This document shows positions 11,327 to 48,425 of a stretch of 64,000 bases of DNA, piece after piece. Position 1 is the stretch's first letter; each line of letters opens with the position of its first letter. This DNA comes from Balanoglossus misakiensis (taxonomy: Eukaryota; Animalia; Hemichordata), in the NCBI GenBank assembly GCA_040954595.2, contig CM082577.2:10956537-11020536 (forward strand). Reading direction: 5' to 3'. The translations under genes were made by a program, and so were the position numbers. The notes beneath the pieces are model-generated. The model saw nothing but the letters and a program-made list of their open reading frames with translations. It searched no databases and was not told the origin of the DNA.

Positions 11327-12180
11327 CACGGTTACTAGAAGAAGACGGTTAGGAAACTCTATTGTTCGGAAGGTGTGAACGAGGTGTTAGCTAGGAGAGT
11401 ACATGTCCGAACCGCTATGTGGGGTTGTATTGGGGAACGTGTTAATTTTTGAACCCCTTCATCTGCCCTTTTTCGTCAGAGTACAGCGCCACTTTTTTTT
11501 TGTACGAGTTCCATATAGGCTTATGGAGTGCACGGTCATAGTCTGTTGGGCTTGCGACACTCTACCATTGTTTCTTGGGTGGTTAACTAAAAGTCCGGAC
11601 TCAAATAGCGTCGAATTTTGAACCCCTAGAATTCCACCCTGATGGTCGCATTTCTGTTTTTTTTAAATATATTTAGATATTTTACACCTTTTTGTATTGC
11701 ATGGGCTATTTCGTTTATTCCAATTGGAATATTTCGTTGAGATTGCATACCCATTTCGATACAGTCGTTAACATTATCGATATAGCCTTTGGCGGCCATC
11801 TTGTTTGTTTTGGTTCGCATCGAATCTCTAGGGCACAGTCAAGACAAAGAATGTATGGCTTCATCATGTCCTTGAAAGTTCAAAATTGTCATAAATGTGC
11901 TGTGACTTTATAAATTATCCACTCTCTGTTCTGTTTTCCTCAAATCTGGTGGTATACGTACTGTGCGTGCAAGCAATTCCGTAAACATGAGTATGGTTTG
12001 CTTTGGATTGTAGGGGTAATGACGTCATTTTGACCGAGCGGTCAGTTATTCTGTCTGTTTATTCGTATGGCCAGGCTCGTTAGCACCTGATATCTTTCGT
12101 TTACACTAAGTGTTTACCGAGGCGAGCATCTAACAATGGAGAAAAAATAGTTTCCTAACCGTCTTCTTCTAGTAACCGTG
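11327..12180. mobile_element. Non-autonomous TIR DNA transposon (CA...TG ends, 7-8 bp TSD; P- or hAT-like)
   Basis: 32-bp TIR CACGGTTACTAGAAGAAGACGGTTAGGAAACT; GTTGAAA duplicated at 11320-11326 and 12181-12187; absent at the paralogous site near 50230. Confidence 0.85.
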
Positions 12181-13280
12181 GTTGAAACGAGAAAAGCGGA
12201 GACGGTTCTGAGAGAGGGGGGAGAGGGAGAGAAAGAGTGAGAGAGGGAGGGAGGGAGAGAGAGGGGAGGGTGGGAGAGGGGAAAGAGCAATGCTCTACTA
12301 TCAGATTATGTGACTTATTTGACGTCGTTTATACTGAGTAAAGTAGCACTAACTCGAATGTCATACATTAAAACGACACGAAAATTATTGGGCTTTGGTG
12401 ACAAGAAATTGCACGACGCCTCTTCACATACGTCACGGCAATATCCTATTTTGCCCGTCGTAAATGAAAGTAAATAACCGCCAGAAGATCAATTTTTTTC
12501 TACCGGGAATCAACGTAATAACGTTTTGTTTTCCTAAGTCTTAAAACTACACCAAATGACAACTGCAATAAACGGTAATAGAGTAAAAGGGAGGGGTCCA
12601 TGGGGTCAGTCTGTTTCAAATGTCTTCGTTGTCTTGTGTATCTTCGTACCCTTCATTATATCAGATTTATCTCCCTCCTGCCCCTCTGACTTTGCAACCC
12701 CCCCCCCACCCATTTCAATCTTGCAAGAGTTGCCACACGCCTTGGCCAAAAACGCAGCATACCACTGCACTGCAAACAGTACAGTGCCATGCCTCTCCCC
12801 TCAATGGCGTGTTACAGACTCTACCTCACAAGCGGACGCCGGATGACAGAACTACTCACCTCGTTATCCCGCGCATACAATTTGGCCATGACTTACACAA
12901 CACGTCTTTTATGCCTTTAGTTATTTAACCACGCTTCAATCCGTGAGTTGAGTAATCTCGATGGCGCGTCTCCACATGAGATAATCACACGACGCTTACA
13001 ATCGCAAATCTGCAGTCCCTGTGGTACAACATTAGACTAAATAACATTTCCGCATATTATTTTAATGATGCTGCAAATTCCGCTTTCTCGTGATGTCACA
13101 GCACACCTTATATTTGCATAACAATGACACACTGGCACACACCCAGGGCTGGCTCACGGGGCAGGCATACTAGTATATCATTTTAATTTACAGCCTGTCA
13201 CTACAAAATGCGGTCTGTGGCTTTCAAAAACACGCAGGACTATTTCGTTCCGTTCGTTCGTTCGGAATTACAGAACTTAA

Positions 13281-14075
13281 GATGGGTCCCTAGGATCTTT
13301 TTGCTCGTTGCTATGGGCCTTTATAGGACACTACACTCAATTTTGATCGAAACCGTTATGAACGTCCGACAAGGGGCTTGTAACTAGTTAAAAATACACA
13401 CGATTGTGTGCACACCCCCTGTCCGAGTATGTTTACGGCAGCTACCGCCCGGCCATAGGCCGCCACGCTAATACGGCAAAGCAGCGGTCAGCGATAGCGT
13501 GCGCGTCCTGTAACCACAGTAACTGGATCGAACGCTAAAAATCCAATGTTTTGTACACAGAGATTTTGTACCGTTCACGAAAATCCCTAAGGCTTTTTTC
13601 ACAGGCGACGTAGGCCAGCCAAATTTGACCTGCTTGTTGAGAACGCACTTCCGCACAGTGTGACGGATCGTTTTTTCGGTTTTCGTCGTGCTAAGAAGCG
13701 ATACCGGTGGAAGAGTGCGTCCAAAAACACCCAAAATCGATGACTTTTTCAGGTGTGGTACGGGTATGCTGAAATCGTAGGATACAACGATAATATTCGA
13801 AAACAAAATCCGTCACGATCTTCCCTGGTTCAAGCAACTAATGAATACGTATCAAGTTCGTTTTTGAGGTCACGGAATAAAAAGCCTTAGGCTTTTGAAA
13901 TTTGACCTAACTAATTTGCATATCAATGGCGTCAGGGGGCGCGCGCTCACAATCGTGCAGATTTTCAACTAGTTACCGGCCCCTTGTTAGACTCTGAAAA
14001 CGGCTTAGTCCAAATCGGGGTGTAATGTCCTATAAAGGCCCATAGCAACGGGCAAAAAGATCCTAGGGACCCATC
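13281..14075. mobile_element. Non-autonomous TTAA-targeting transposon (Kolobok-like RR...YY ends)
   Basis: TTAA at both flanks; long imperfect TIRs starting GATGGGTCCCTAGGATCTTTTTGC; single TTAA empty site at 52025-52028 in the paralogous block. Confidence 0.87.
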
Positions 14076-14212
14076 TTAACACATCAATCACCATCGGCAT
14101 TTGGCTTTTTTTTTCTGACACGGTCACTCCATAAATTCTGATTCGGTTTCTCCTTTGTCCCCACCCTCCCCCTTCACTCAGGGTAAACAAAATACACCGA
14201 CAATTGTTCGTA

Positions 14213-14523
14213 CATAGTTAATCGCACGAGTGGGTGTACTTTTACTGTTCTAAACACCACACTTATGGTAAGGAACTTGTAAACAGCACGAGGCCGAACG
14301 AGACACCGAATCTAAAGATGAACAGTCGACAACAACGGATTTGCTATTCATTGTGTTTACTGTGTGTTTATTGAATAGTGTCTTTTCATAAATGTGTAGT
14401 GATTAGTTTAGTTCTAAACACCACACTTACGGTCAGAAATCTGTAAACGGCACAGTTAACAAGTTCCTGACCATACGTGTCGTGTTCAGAACTGTAACAG
14501 CAAACCTACGAGTTGCGGACTAG
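14213..14523. repeat. Imperfect inverted-repeat element (possible MITE)
   Basis: TTCTAAACACCACACTTA… occurs twice directly (~14248, ~14412) and once inverted (~14460-14500); boundaries uncertain. Confidence 0.4.
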
Positions 14524-16424
14524 CAACTTATACCACGATAAACACACCCAATCTTGTCTAAAATTGGAAATTTACTGTCAATTGATGTGCCAAATTTGGT
14601 TTTGAACACCCACAATGGAATGGGGTGACCTATACCTTACAGCGGTCATTTATGCACCTGGTATCGAAGTTTACGAGATTGACCTATCGCTGACAATTGT
14701 AGGAGAAGGATTCCAGTCGATGCAAATCTGCATGTGAATACGAAAATTGACCTACGGACCTTTAATATCGAACGCCACGAGCACCATCTAACTGGCCGGA
14801 CGGAAACTGATCGTATTTTGAACACTGATAGCAAGATAGGGTTTTAAATGACAAAAAAGTACACAACTTATCATGAAAAATTTATTCTCGAATATTATTA
14901 TGTACCAATGTCTCTATGTACTTGAACACAGTGAAATGCTGGAAACATGAAAAAAAACGACAGCTGTACAGTTTGAAAATAAATGTGTATTAATTCACAT
15001 GATTATTGTGTACCACTTCAACTTGAACGTACACGGGCCTTTAATAGTATTTTGTTAGTTTAAGATAACTGATCGTAACTACAATAAAACATGTGTTCAC
15101 TAAAGTTGTTTTTAAAAATTGCCTCAATAATACCAAGAAAATACAACGTCTTCTCCGTTTGTCATAACAATAAGTACGTGAAACAATACAAATCAATCGT
15201 GTCAAAATTACATTGATATCAAGCCTTATTCACATTCTGCTAGAGTTAAGATAAATGTCCAGGACTACGGGCCTAGAGCTTTGTGATAATATTTAGTAGC
15301 GTAAGAGCAGAGCTGTAAGTGTGTGTGTATTTACCACACAATCCAGTTGTCAACACTGATCCATTAAGTCACCCATACTTGCATATATATGGACGCAGAA
15401 AAGCGGATCTGAAGTAAGCTTTTTTTTGTTGTAATTACCTTAATCGAGACAAACTATATTATACCTATCAATGTTTTGTCTGTGTGTGCGTGAGAATACT
15501 CCACAGGAATGGATAAAACCTCTCGACGTACAAAATATGGCAAGAAGTAAATGGAACATTCAAGTCAAGTCAAGTTATAAAGAGTATATACATGCCATCT
15601 CGACAGGCCGAAAAATGCATTACCATATTTACGTATATGTACAAGATGAAAAATATTAACTACTGCCCAAAACTATTTTTAATCGTAAAATTGGCACTTT
15701 TTTCAGTTGATAATCAAATACCCACTTGAACGAACATCCTGTAATACACACAAAAGTATAGTCCTCTGTGTGGGAAATGTGTTTTCTTGCGATGGGTGTG
15801 GTACATACAAGTTTTATTTTTCGCTGAAAAAAAAACACAAGTAGAAGATTGAAAATTCCCATGCTGATAAGATAAAAATCAATAATTTTATGAAATAAGT
15901 GTATATAAACTATCATTATACTGTCAATAGGTGCTGTGTATTTTATCAGCAGCGGTTACCCCACTTTCCTCCCACCCGTACCTGGTTCATGGCAGGTAGA
16001 AAACCCATGGGTCACATGCGTTGTGGTGCTGTTAGTGTCAAATGTATGCTCATATATGGGGATATGATATTATCAAAATATGCAAATCATGCCAAATATG
16101 CGAAAATATGTTTTGGTCTTGGTAAACAAAATCATCTTCAAAACCAGTGATCACGCTGCTTTGACATCCCGTACACATCATAATTACTCTGTTTCTGTGT
16201 TATGTAACAATATTCACTAATACTTTGCAGGAAATTGATGCTTTAAAGGTAGAAGATGGCGATGTTGAAGTAGATTCAGCAGCAGAGCCAGAGTCGGTCA
16301 AGGTTAGATCAACCGCGGTAAGTATTGCTTATCGTAGCTGTGAAAGATTGTAACCAATGTGACTTGGGTTTTAGTGTGTTGTGGTGGACATAATAAAAAA
16401 AGAGGTGGACATATACCTCTCATG

Positions 16425-41533
<25,109 letters not shown>

Positions 41534-42032
41534 AGAAATTGGCTGAAAAACAACAACAAAACAACCACGATTAAAGACAGATGTTCGGATTTAGATGGGG
41601 GTTGCCGCGTTTTGCAACATTGATAATGTCTATCTGTGAGCTTGCATTTGACACGTCTACCTGCATGCGGTCACGGCTTGGGTTCAATCAATGGTTTTGT
41701 GAAATGCTGATAAATTGTATTCTGATTTGCATTGTGACTACGGCACATCAAAACATGACTGTAACACTGTTCTGAAATGTTATAAAAAAGCTGCTTGTAG
41801 TGCAACACGTTAGTTCGACAGTGGCTGGATCTTAGATGCTAGTCCAGCCTGGACTTCAGGCCTTGTCGTCCTGTATGTCCATGGCTGGTTCCTTTATGAA
41901 ATAAATCCATCTGCGTTGAAATCTATTCAAAAGTGTTCCCGTCTTTTCACATCAACCGCCACCTCGACTTATAGACTCCCTAATGTATCCAACTGTACAA
42001 AAATGTAGCTGGGAGACATGACGCTGGGAATC

Positions 42033-42520
42033 ATCTATTGTCTATGATACATCATAATCTTTAATCACACGACCCTTCTGAATTCCCCTGGAATTATACA
42101 TATTTGCGTTAAATGAATCCAATTATTATTATGGGAAAGTATATTAACGAGATTCGGCCAAACTCTCGTGCTTCGGGTCCCGTTTGGCCACCCAAGCGAC
42201 GACACCGCGAGCGCCTGGTGTTCGTATTCTGAAACGCTACAAAAGAACACGTACACTTTATAGGTTGACGTGTTCTGGTTTTCATTTGTGGTGAAACTCG
42301 GCGATGTCTTCACCGACCTTGCTTTATCCGCTCTTCAGTGAAAGGTCTGGCTGATTCTATTGTTTGCACAATGTATTGAGCCATTGATAGAACCGTGTTG
42401 ACGTACTCAGCCATGTGCAAAACACACCTCTTTCAACGTTCACCTCTCCCACGGTGAGGTCAAATGTGCATATCCCCCTGAAACAGTGCTTGCACTCCAA
42501 CGAGAACTGTACGCTTTAAC
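42033..42520 (-). promoter_or_regulatory. Putative promoter / non-coding first exon of the protease gene
   Basis: Appears especially well conserved between the duplicate copies (vs 1-460) and lies ~0.5-1 kb upstream of the first coding exon; function is inferred. Confidence 0.4.
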
Positions 42521-42861
42521 AGGCAGAGCAACTGTGACGTCACTAAAATGTAGTCCTTCAATAGACAATTTCTGAACTCCTCCACGATGTATCTTGTGAG
42601 ATCTCGTGATACAGTTTATATAGAAGGTCATTCTTTCGGGACAAAGGCAAAAACGCTAGGCCCATCGCGTTAAACTGCACAATATATTTTTGTGGTTGTT
42701 GTGTAACTATGTATTCAAAACCTAATCACGTAGCGATAATATTCCGCCAGGTGTTATCTCATTAATATTCATAAGAATGACAAAGGTATAAAAGAAGAAC
42801 AGGGCAGAAGACTCTGTGTCATTTCCTCGCACAGTCAGGGCAGTCTCCACCGGTATAGAAC

Positions 42862-45800
42862 ATGGCTTCGAGAGAAGACGTAGCTGCTCAGAAAACCACT
42901 TCCAACGTAGCTGTAGACGCTGCCTCACGAAGTTCGGCAGCCCAGCAGCCAACTCGGGGAACGGCCACTGATTCTGATATCGCGCAAGCTTTTGTGGACG
43001 CCCATCGTCCTGATAGACCAGCCAGACCAGAACGTCACCTACCTACCAGTCTTTCGACGGGGTCAACTACTGCAAGTACAAGTGGTGAACAAGCTATTCA
43101 GCCTTTGGAAGCCCCTTCGGAGGCTCAAGATAGTCAACATCATGACATACAGGTGCGTTCTGTTTGCAGCCCAGAGTTACTTTTGGTGCAGGTCGGTTTT
43201 ATTCCTTGTCGTCTTCGTCGTGGCACTTCTATGAGCTTGGAAACTTCATAGTCTCGTGTAGATGATATTGGTGGTTGCCACCTACAAGTCCTTTTACTTT
43301 GAAGACCTACTTAGTATGCTAATCGTTTTATTTGTCTTTGTGGGCGACCAGGTGTGGGAGACAAGGTAAATGGAGTTAAGGCTTGTATACGAAACTTTAC
43401 GCGAGTTAAAGTATGTGAGAATTACACCTTACCCGAGTCAAGGCGTAATGGTATTCATAAAAAAAAAACTTTACGCGAGTCAAGGCGTAATGGTATTCAT
43501 AAAAACAACTTTACGCGAGTCAAGGCGTTAAAGTATGTGAGAATTACACCTTACGCGAGTCAAGGCGTAATGGTATTCATAAAAAAAAAAAAAAACTTTA
43601 CGCGAGTCAAGGCGTTAAAGTATGTGAGAATTACACCTTACCCGAGTCAAGGCGTAATGGTATTCATAAAAAAAACTTTACGCGAGTCAAGGCGTTAAAG
43701 TATGTGAGAATTACACCTTACGCGAGTCAAGGCGTAATGGTATTCATAAAAAAAACTTTACGCGAGTCAAGGCGTTAAAGTATGTGAGAATTACACCTTA
43801 CGCGAGTCAAGGCGTAATGGTATTCATAAAAAAAAAAAAAACTTTACGCGAGTCAAGGCGTTAAAGTATGTGAGAATTACACCTTACCCGAGTCAAGGCG
43901 TAATTTTATTCATAAAAAAACTTTACGCGAGTCAAGGCGTTAAAGTATGTGAGAATTACACCTTACGCGAGTCAAGGCGTAATGGTATTCATAAAAAAAT
44001 CTTTACGCGAGTCAAGGCGTTAAAGTATGTGAGAATTACACCTTACCCGAGTCAAGGCGTAATGGTATTCATAAAAAAAACTTTACGCGAGTCAAGGCGT
44101 AATGGTATTCATAAAAAAAACTTTACGCGAGTCAAGGCGTTAAAGTATGTGAGAATTACACCTTACGCGAGTCAAGGCGTAATGGTATTCATAAAAAAAA
44201 AAAAAACTTTACGCGAGTCAAGGCGTTAAAGTATGTGAGAATTACACCTTACGCGAGTCAAGGCGTAATGGTATTCATAAAAAAAAAAACTTTACGCGAG
44301 TCAAGGCGTTAAAGTATGTGAGAATTACACCTTACCCGAGTCAAGGCGTAATTTTATTCATAAAAAAAAAAACTTTACGCGAGTCAAGGCGTTAAAGTAT
44401 GTGAGAATTACACCTTACGCGAGTCAAGGCGTAATTTTATTCATAAAAAAACTTTACGCGAGTCAAGGCGTTAAAGTATGTGAGAATTACACCTTACGCG
44501 AGTCAAGGCGTAATTTTATTCATAAAAAAACTTTACGCGAGTCAAGGCGTTAAAGTATGTGAGAATTACACCTTACGCGAGTCAAGGCGTAATGGTATTC
44601 ATAAAAAAATCTTTACGCGAGTCAAGGCGTTAAAGTATGTGAGAATTACACCTTACGCGAGTCAAGGCGTAATGGTATTCATAAAAAAAAAAACTTTACG
44701 CGAGTCAAGGCGTTAAAGTATGTGAGAATTACACCTTACGCGAGTCAAGGCGTAATTTTATTCATAAAAAAACTTTACGCGAGTCAAGGCGTTAAAGTAT
44801 GTGAGAATTACACCTTACCCGAGTCAAGGCGTAATGGTATTCATAAAAAAACTTTACGCGAGTCAAGGCGTTAAAGTATGTGAGAATTACACCTTACCCG
44901 AGTCAAGGCGTAATTTTATTCATAAAAAAAAAAACTTTACGCGAGTCAAGGCGTTAAAGTATGTGAGAATTACACCTTACGCGAGTCAAGGCGTAATGGT
45001 ATTCATAAAAAAACTTTACGCGAGTCAAGGCGTTAAAGTATGTGAGAATTACACCTTACGCGAGTCAAGGCGTAATTTTATTCATAAAAAAACTTTACGC
45101 GAGTCAAGGCGTTAAAGTATGTGAGAATTACACCTTACGCGAGTCAAGGCGTAATGGTATTCATAAAAAAATCTTTACGCGAGTCAAGGCGTTAAAGTAT
45201 GTGAGAATTACACCTTACGCGAGTCAAGGCGTAATGGTATTCATAAAAAAAAAAACTTTACGCGAGTCAAGGCGTTAAAGTATGTGAGAATTACACCTTA
45301 CGCGAGTCAAGGCGTAATTTTATTCATAAAAAAACTTTACGCGAGTCAAGGCGTTAAAGTATGTGAGAATTACACCTTACCCGAGTCAAGGCGTAATGGT
45401 ATTCATAAAAAAACTTTACGCGAGTCAAGGCGTTAAAGTATGTGAGAATTACACCTTACCCGAGTCAAGGCGTAATTTTATTCATAAAAAAAAAAACTTT
45501 ACGCGAGTCAAGGCGTTAAAGTATGTGAGAATTACACCTTACGCGAGTCAAGGCGTAATGGTATTCATAAAAAAACTTTACGCGAGTCAAGGCGTTAAAG
45601 TATGTGAGAATTACACCTTACGCGAGTCAAGGCGTAATGGTATTCATAAAAAATCTTTACGCGAGTCAAGGCGTTAAAGTATGTGAGAATTACACCTTAC
45701 GCGAGTCAAGGCGTAATGGTATTCATAAAAAAAAAAAAAAAAAACTTTACGCGAGTCAAGGCGTTAAAGTATGTGAGAATTACACCTTACGCGAGTCAAG

Positions 45801-46961
45801 GCGTAATTTTATTCATAAAAAAACTTTACGCGAGTCAAGGCGTTAAAGTATGTGAGAATTACACCTTACCCGAGTCAAGGCGTAATGGTATTCATAAAAA
45901 AAACTTTACGCGAGTCAAGGCGTAATGGTATTCATAAAAAAAAAAACTTTACGCGAGTCAAGGCGTTAAAGTATGTGAGAATTACACCTTACGCGAGTCA
46001 AGGCGTAATTTTATTCATAAAAAAATCTTTACGCGAGTCAAGGCGTTAAAGTATGTGAGAATTACACCTTACGCGAGTCAAGGCGTAATGGTATTCATAA
46101 TAAAACTTTACGCGAGTCAAGGCGTTAAAGTATGTGAGAATTACACCTTACGCGAGTCAAGGCGTAATTTTATTCATAAAAAAACTTTACGCGAGTCAAG
46201 GCGTTAAAGTATGTGAGAATTACACCTTACGCGAGTCAAGGCGTAATGGTATTCATAAAAAAAACTTTACGCGAGTCAAGGCGTTAAAGTATGTGAGAAT
46301 TACACCTTACGCGAGTCAAGGCGTAATGGTATTCATAAAAAAATTTACGCGAGTCAAGGCGTTAAAGCATGTGAGAATTTACACCTTATGCGAGTCAAGG
46401 CGTAAAGGTATGGAAAATATAGGTGTACTTAGTTCTACGCCTTGGAGGTTTAGACTTGCTTCACAAATGACAGAGCCCGAAGTGGGTCGTGTTACATAAT
46501 GTGGGGGAAACAATAAGTACCATGCAAATTGGTAAGAATGTGTTTTCTGGTGCAGGTGAAGCAACAACTGCAGGTGATGCAGAAAAAATTGGATGAGTTG
46601 CAGCAAATGGCAGACAACAACTCTGTAGCAGACGCGCATCGAAAGGTTATGGAGATTGCCACGTCGGGAGAGTGGAACATACGACCACAGCTGCTGAATC
46701 CTCTTCGTGTTCGTGTTGACCGTGCCACGAAAACCCCTCATCCTAAGCTTACTAGATAGGGCCGTGCTAGCCCAGTTTGAAACTAATGAGTTTGGTCAAG
46801 ATGCTGGCCAATTCATTTTGTTACTTTTGGGCAATAAGGAGGAGGAGGAAATTGCAGCTAAAGTTGAAAAATTTACTCGTAATACAATGAAGCCTGATCG
46901 CCAATATTCCCCTTATGGTAGATATAGAGTAAATCGCATTACGGTTATTCCAGTCACTTGA
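42862..46961 (+). pseudogene. Gag-like ORF1 of the split-repeat element; putatively spliced (42862-43152 + 46556-46961) with a frameshift near 46757
   Basis: CAG|GTGCGT donor and TTCTGGTGCAG| acceptor join …HHDIQ to VKQQLQVMQKKLDELQ in phase 0; helical coding continues in another frame (RAVLAQFETNE…LLLLGNKEEEEIAAKVEKF). Confidence 0.55.
43394..46410. repeat. ~79-bp satellite (~38 units), a dimer of ~40-bp halves with core TTACGCGAGTCAAGGCGT
   Basis: Directly visible; variable A-tract; ~562-bp higher-order period shown by matching ORFs at 44480/45042 and 44801/45363. Confidence 0.96.
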
Positions 46962-48359
46962 TGTGTTATTCTTTGAATAATGTGGTATTTTGTTGACATT
47001 CCCGGATCCTCAGACAGGGGGGCGACTCTTTAAGCCCTTGCCTTTTCGGCTCCCTGCCATTCGCAGGTTCCTGTCTGGGGGTGCCCTCTTAAAAAAAAAA
47101 AAAGAAGTCAAAACGGTCATAAATGCTTTATTTTTTGAGGTATCATAGTGTGAATCGTTTCTTTCCAGTTGAACATCCCAGCATGGGAATTGGAGTTGGC
47201 GTAAGAGAACAATATTCCTGGGGGACATAGAGGGCGCCCCTAGACAGGGACCAGGTCATTGAGGTTTGGGGATATTTAGGAAAGGGGGAATGTATGTTAG
47301 GATTGGGAGATGAGAGGTGTGAGTGTGGGAAATTATGATACCTGGTAGGACCTTCACTGAGGTGGGGATAGCCGGAAACAATGCGAGCTTCCCAATCCTT
47401 AACAATAGGCAATATTCTTGAGCGGAGTGATTAGGCTTTAAATATTATATTATTCAAAACCTAATCACGTAGCGATAATATTCCGCCAGGTGTTATCTCA
47501 TTAATATTCATAAGAATGACAAAGGTATAAAAGAAGAACAGGGCAGAAGACTCTGTGTCATTTCCTCGCACAGGGAAGGGCAGAAGCTACAAGGAATATA
47601 ACAAAGGATAGGGGGTAAGAAATGGGGCCAAAGGGAATGTTGGACGGATAGGCACTAGTTGTAAGGGGCAATTTCCCCACCCGCCCGCCCACCCGCCCCC
47701 CTTTTTTCCGTTGGTTTGTTGGCCTGCACTTCACTCAGGATATGCCTTCAACAATGCGAGCTTCCCAATCCTTAACAATAGGCAATATTCTTGAGCGGAG
47801 TGATTAGGCTTTAAATATTATATCACCTATAGTTGGCTAGCAACCCGCTGCTACAGTAATTAACCAACTCTCGCGATATCTCGCAATGATTGGAAAATCA
47901 TCTATTCGAAATTATCGCAATATTGATTACGCAAGTTCAAAGCACTGTGACGTCCGCTTCAGAGTGCACGTATGCCCGTTAGCTAAAATAAAAGGGGTGC
48001 ACCGGGAAATAACCTTGGACAAATTAGATGGTGACACAGAACGCGTCGCTTCTTTTATTGAAATCGGCCTGTTTACCAGGATAGAATATTGTCCAACGTG
48101 TGACACTGAGAGAGACTGAGAGAACACATTGTAAGTCACCTGATGAACTCACGGTGAGGTGTCCACTGACAACGAGAAAATAACAAAAATGGAGCGAAAC
48201 ACTGAACTTTGAACTTGTACAGTGCTGAAGCAAGATTTGGCTGTACAGCATTGAAACGCCAGATGAAGGAGTCAGATCTCCCCGGTGTAAAATGCTGAAT
48301 TCTCTCTCCATGTAGGTATGATGTTCTCCAAACACAGCGATAACGCTTATTTTTTAAAT

Positions 48360-48425
<66 letters not shown>

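Larger units (their letters stand above)
1..15580. repeat. Diverged duplicate (copy A) of the protease gene's upstream region at ~42030-54000
   Basis: Colinear matches seen by eye: 1-460~42033-42520; 630-1286~47855-48080; 9810-11320~48505-50230; 12280-13280~50300-52028; 14080-14200~52029-52140; 15090-15580~53020-53490. Confidence 0.9.
42712..47823 (+). mobile_element. Non-autonomous tyrosine-recombinase retrotransposon derivative with split direct repeats (PAT/Ngaro-type A1...B1A2...B2)
   Basis: A1 42712-42834 = A2 47451-47573 (123 bp); B1 47377-47450 = B2 47750-47823 (74 bp); B1 abuts A2; no TSD; TATAAAA at 42787 within A; Gag-like ORF pieces but no recognisable RT or YR. Confidence 0.82.

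Noticed and set aside
43352-43365. AG…GT-bounded 14-nt segment in the split-repeat element intron
   Set aside because: Not a multiple of three, so it would break the proposed ORF join.
43394-46410. CRISPR-like look: palindromic ~18-20-bp repeat separated by ~20-bp spacers
   Set aside because: Only two alternating, near-invariant linkers rather than unique spacers; eukaryotic context; no cas genes.
43354-46499. Repetitive ORFs (MRITPYASQGV…) in the satellite
   Set aside because: Frames shift with A-tract length; they are translations of the repeat.
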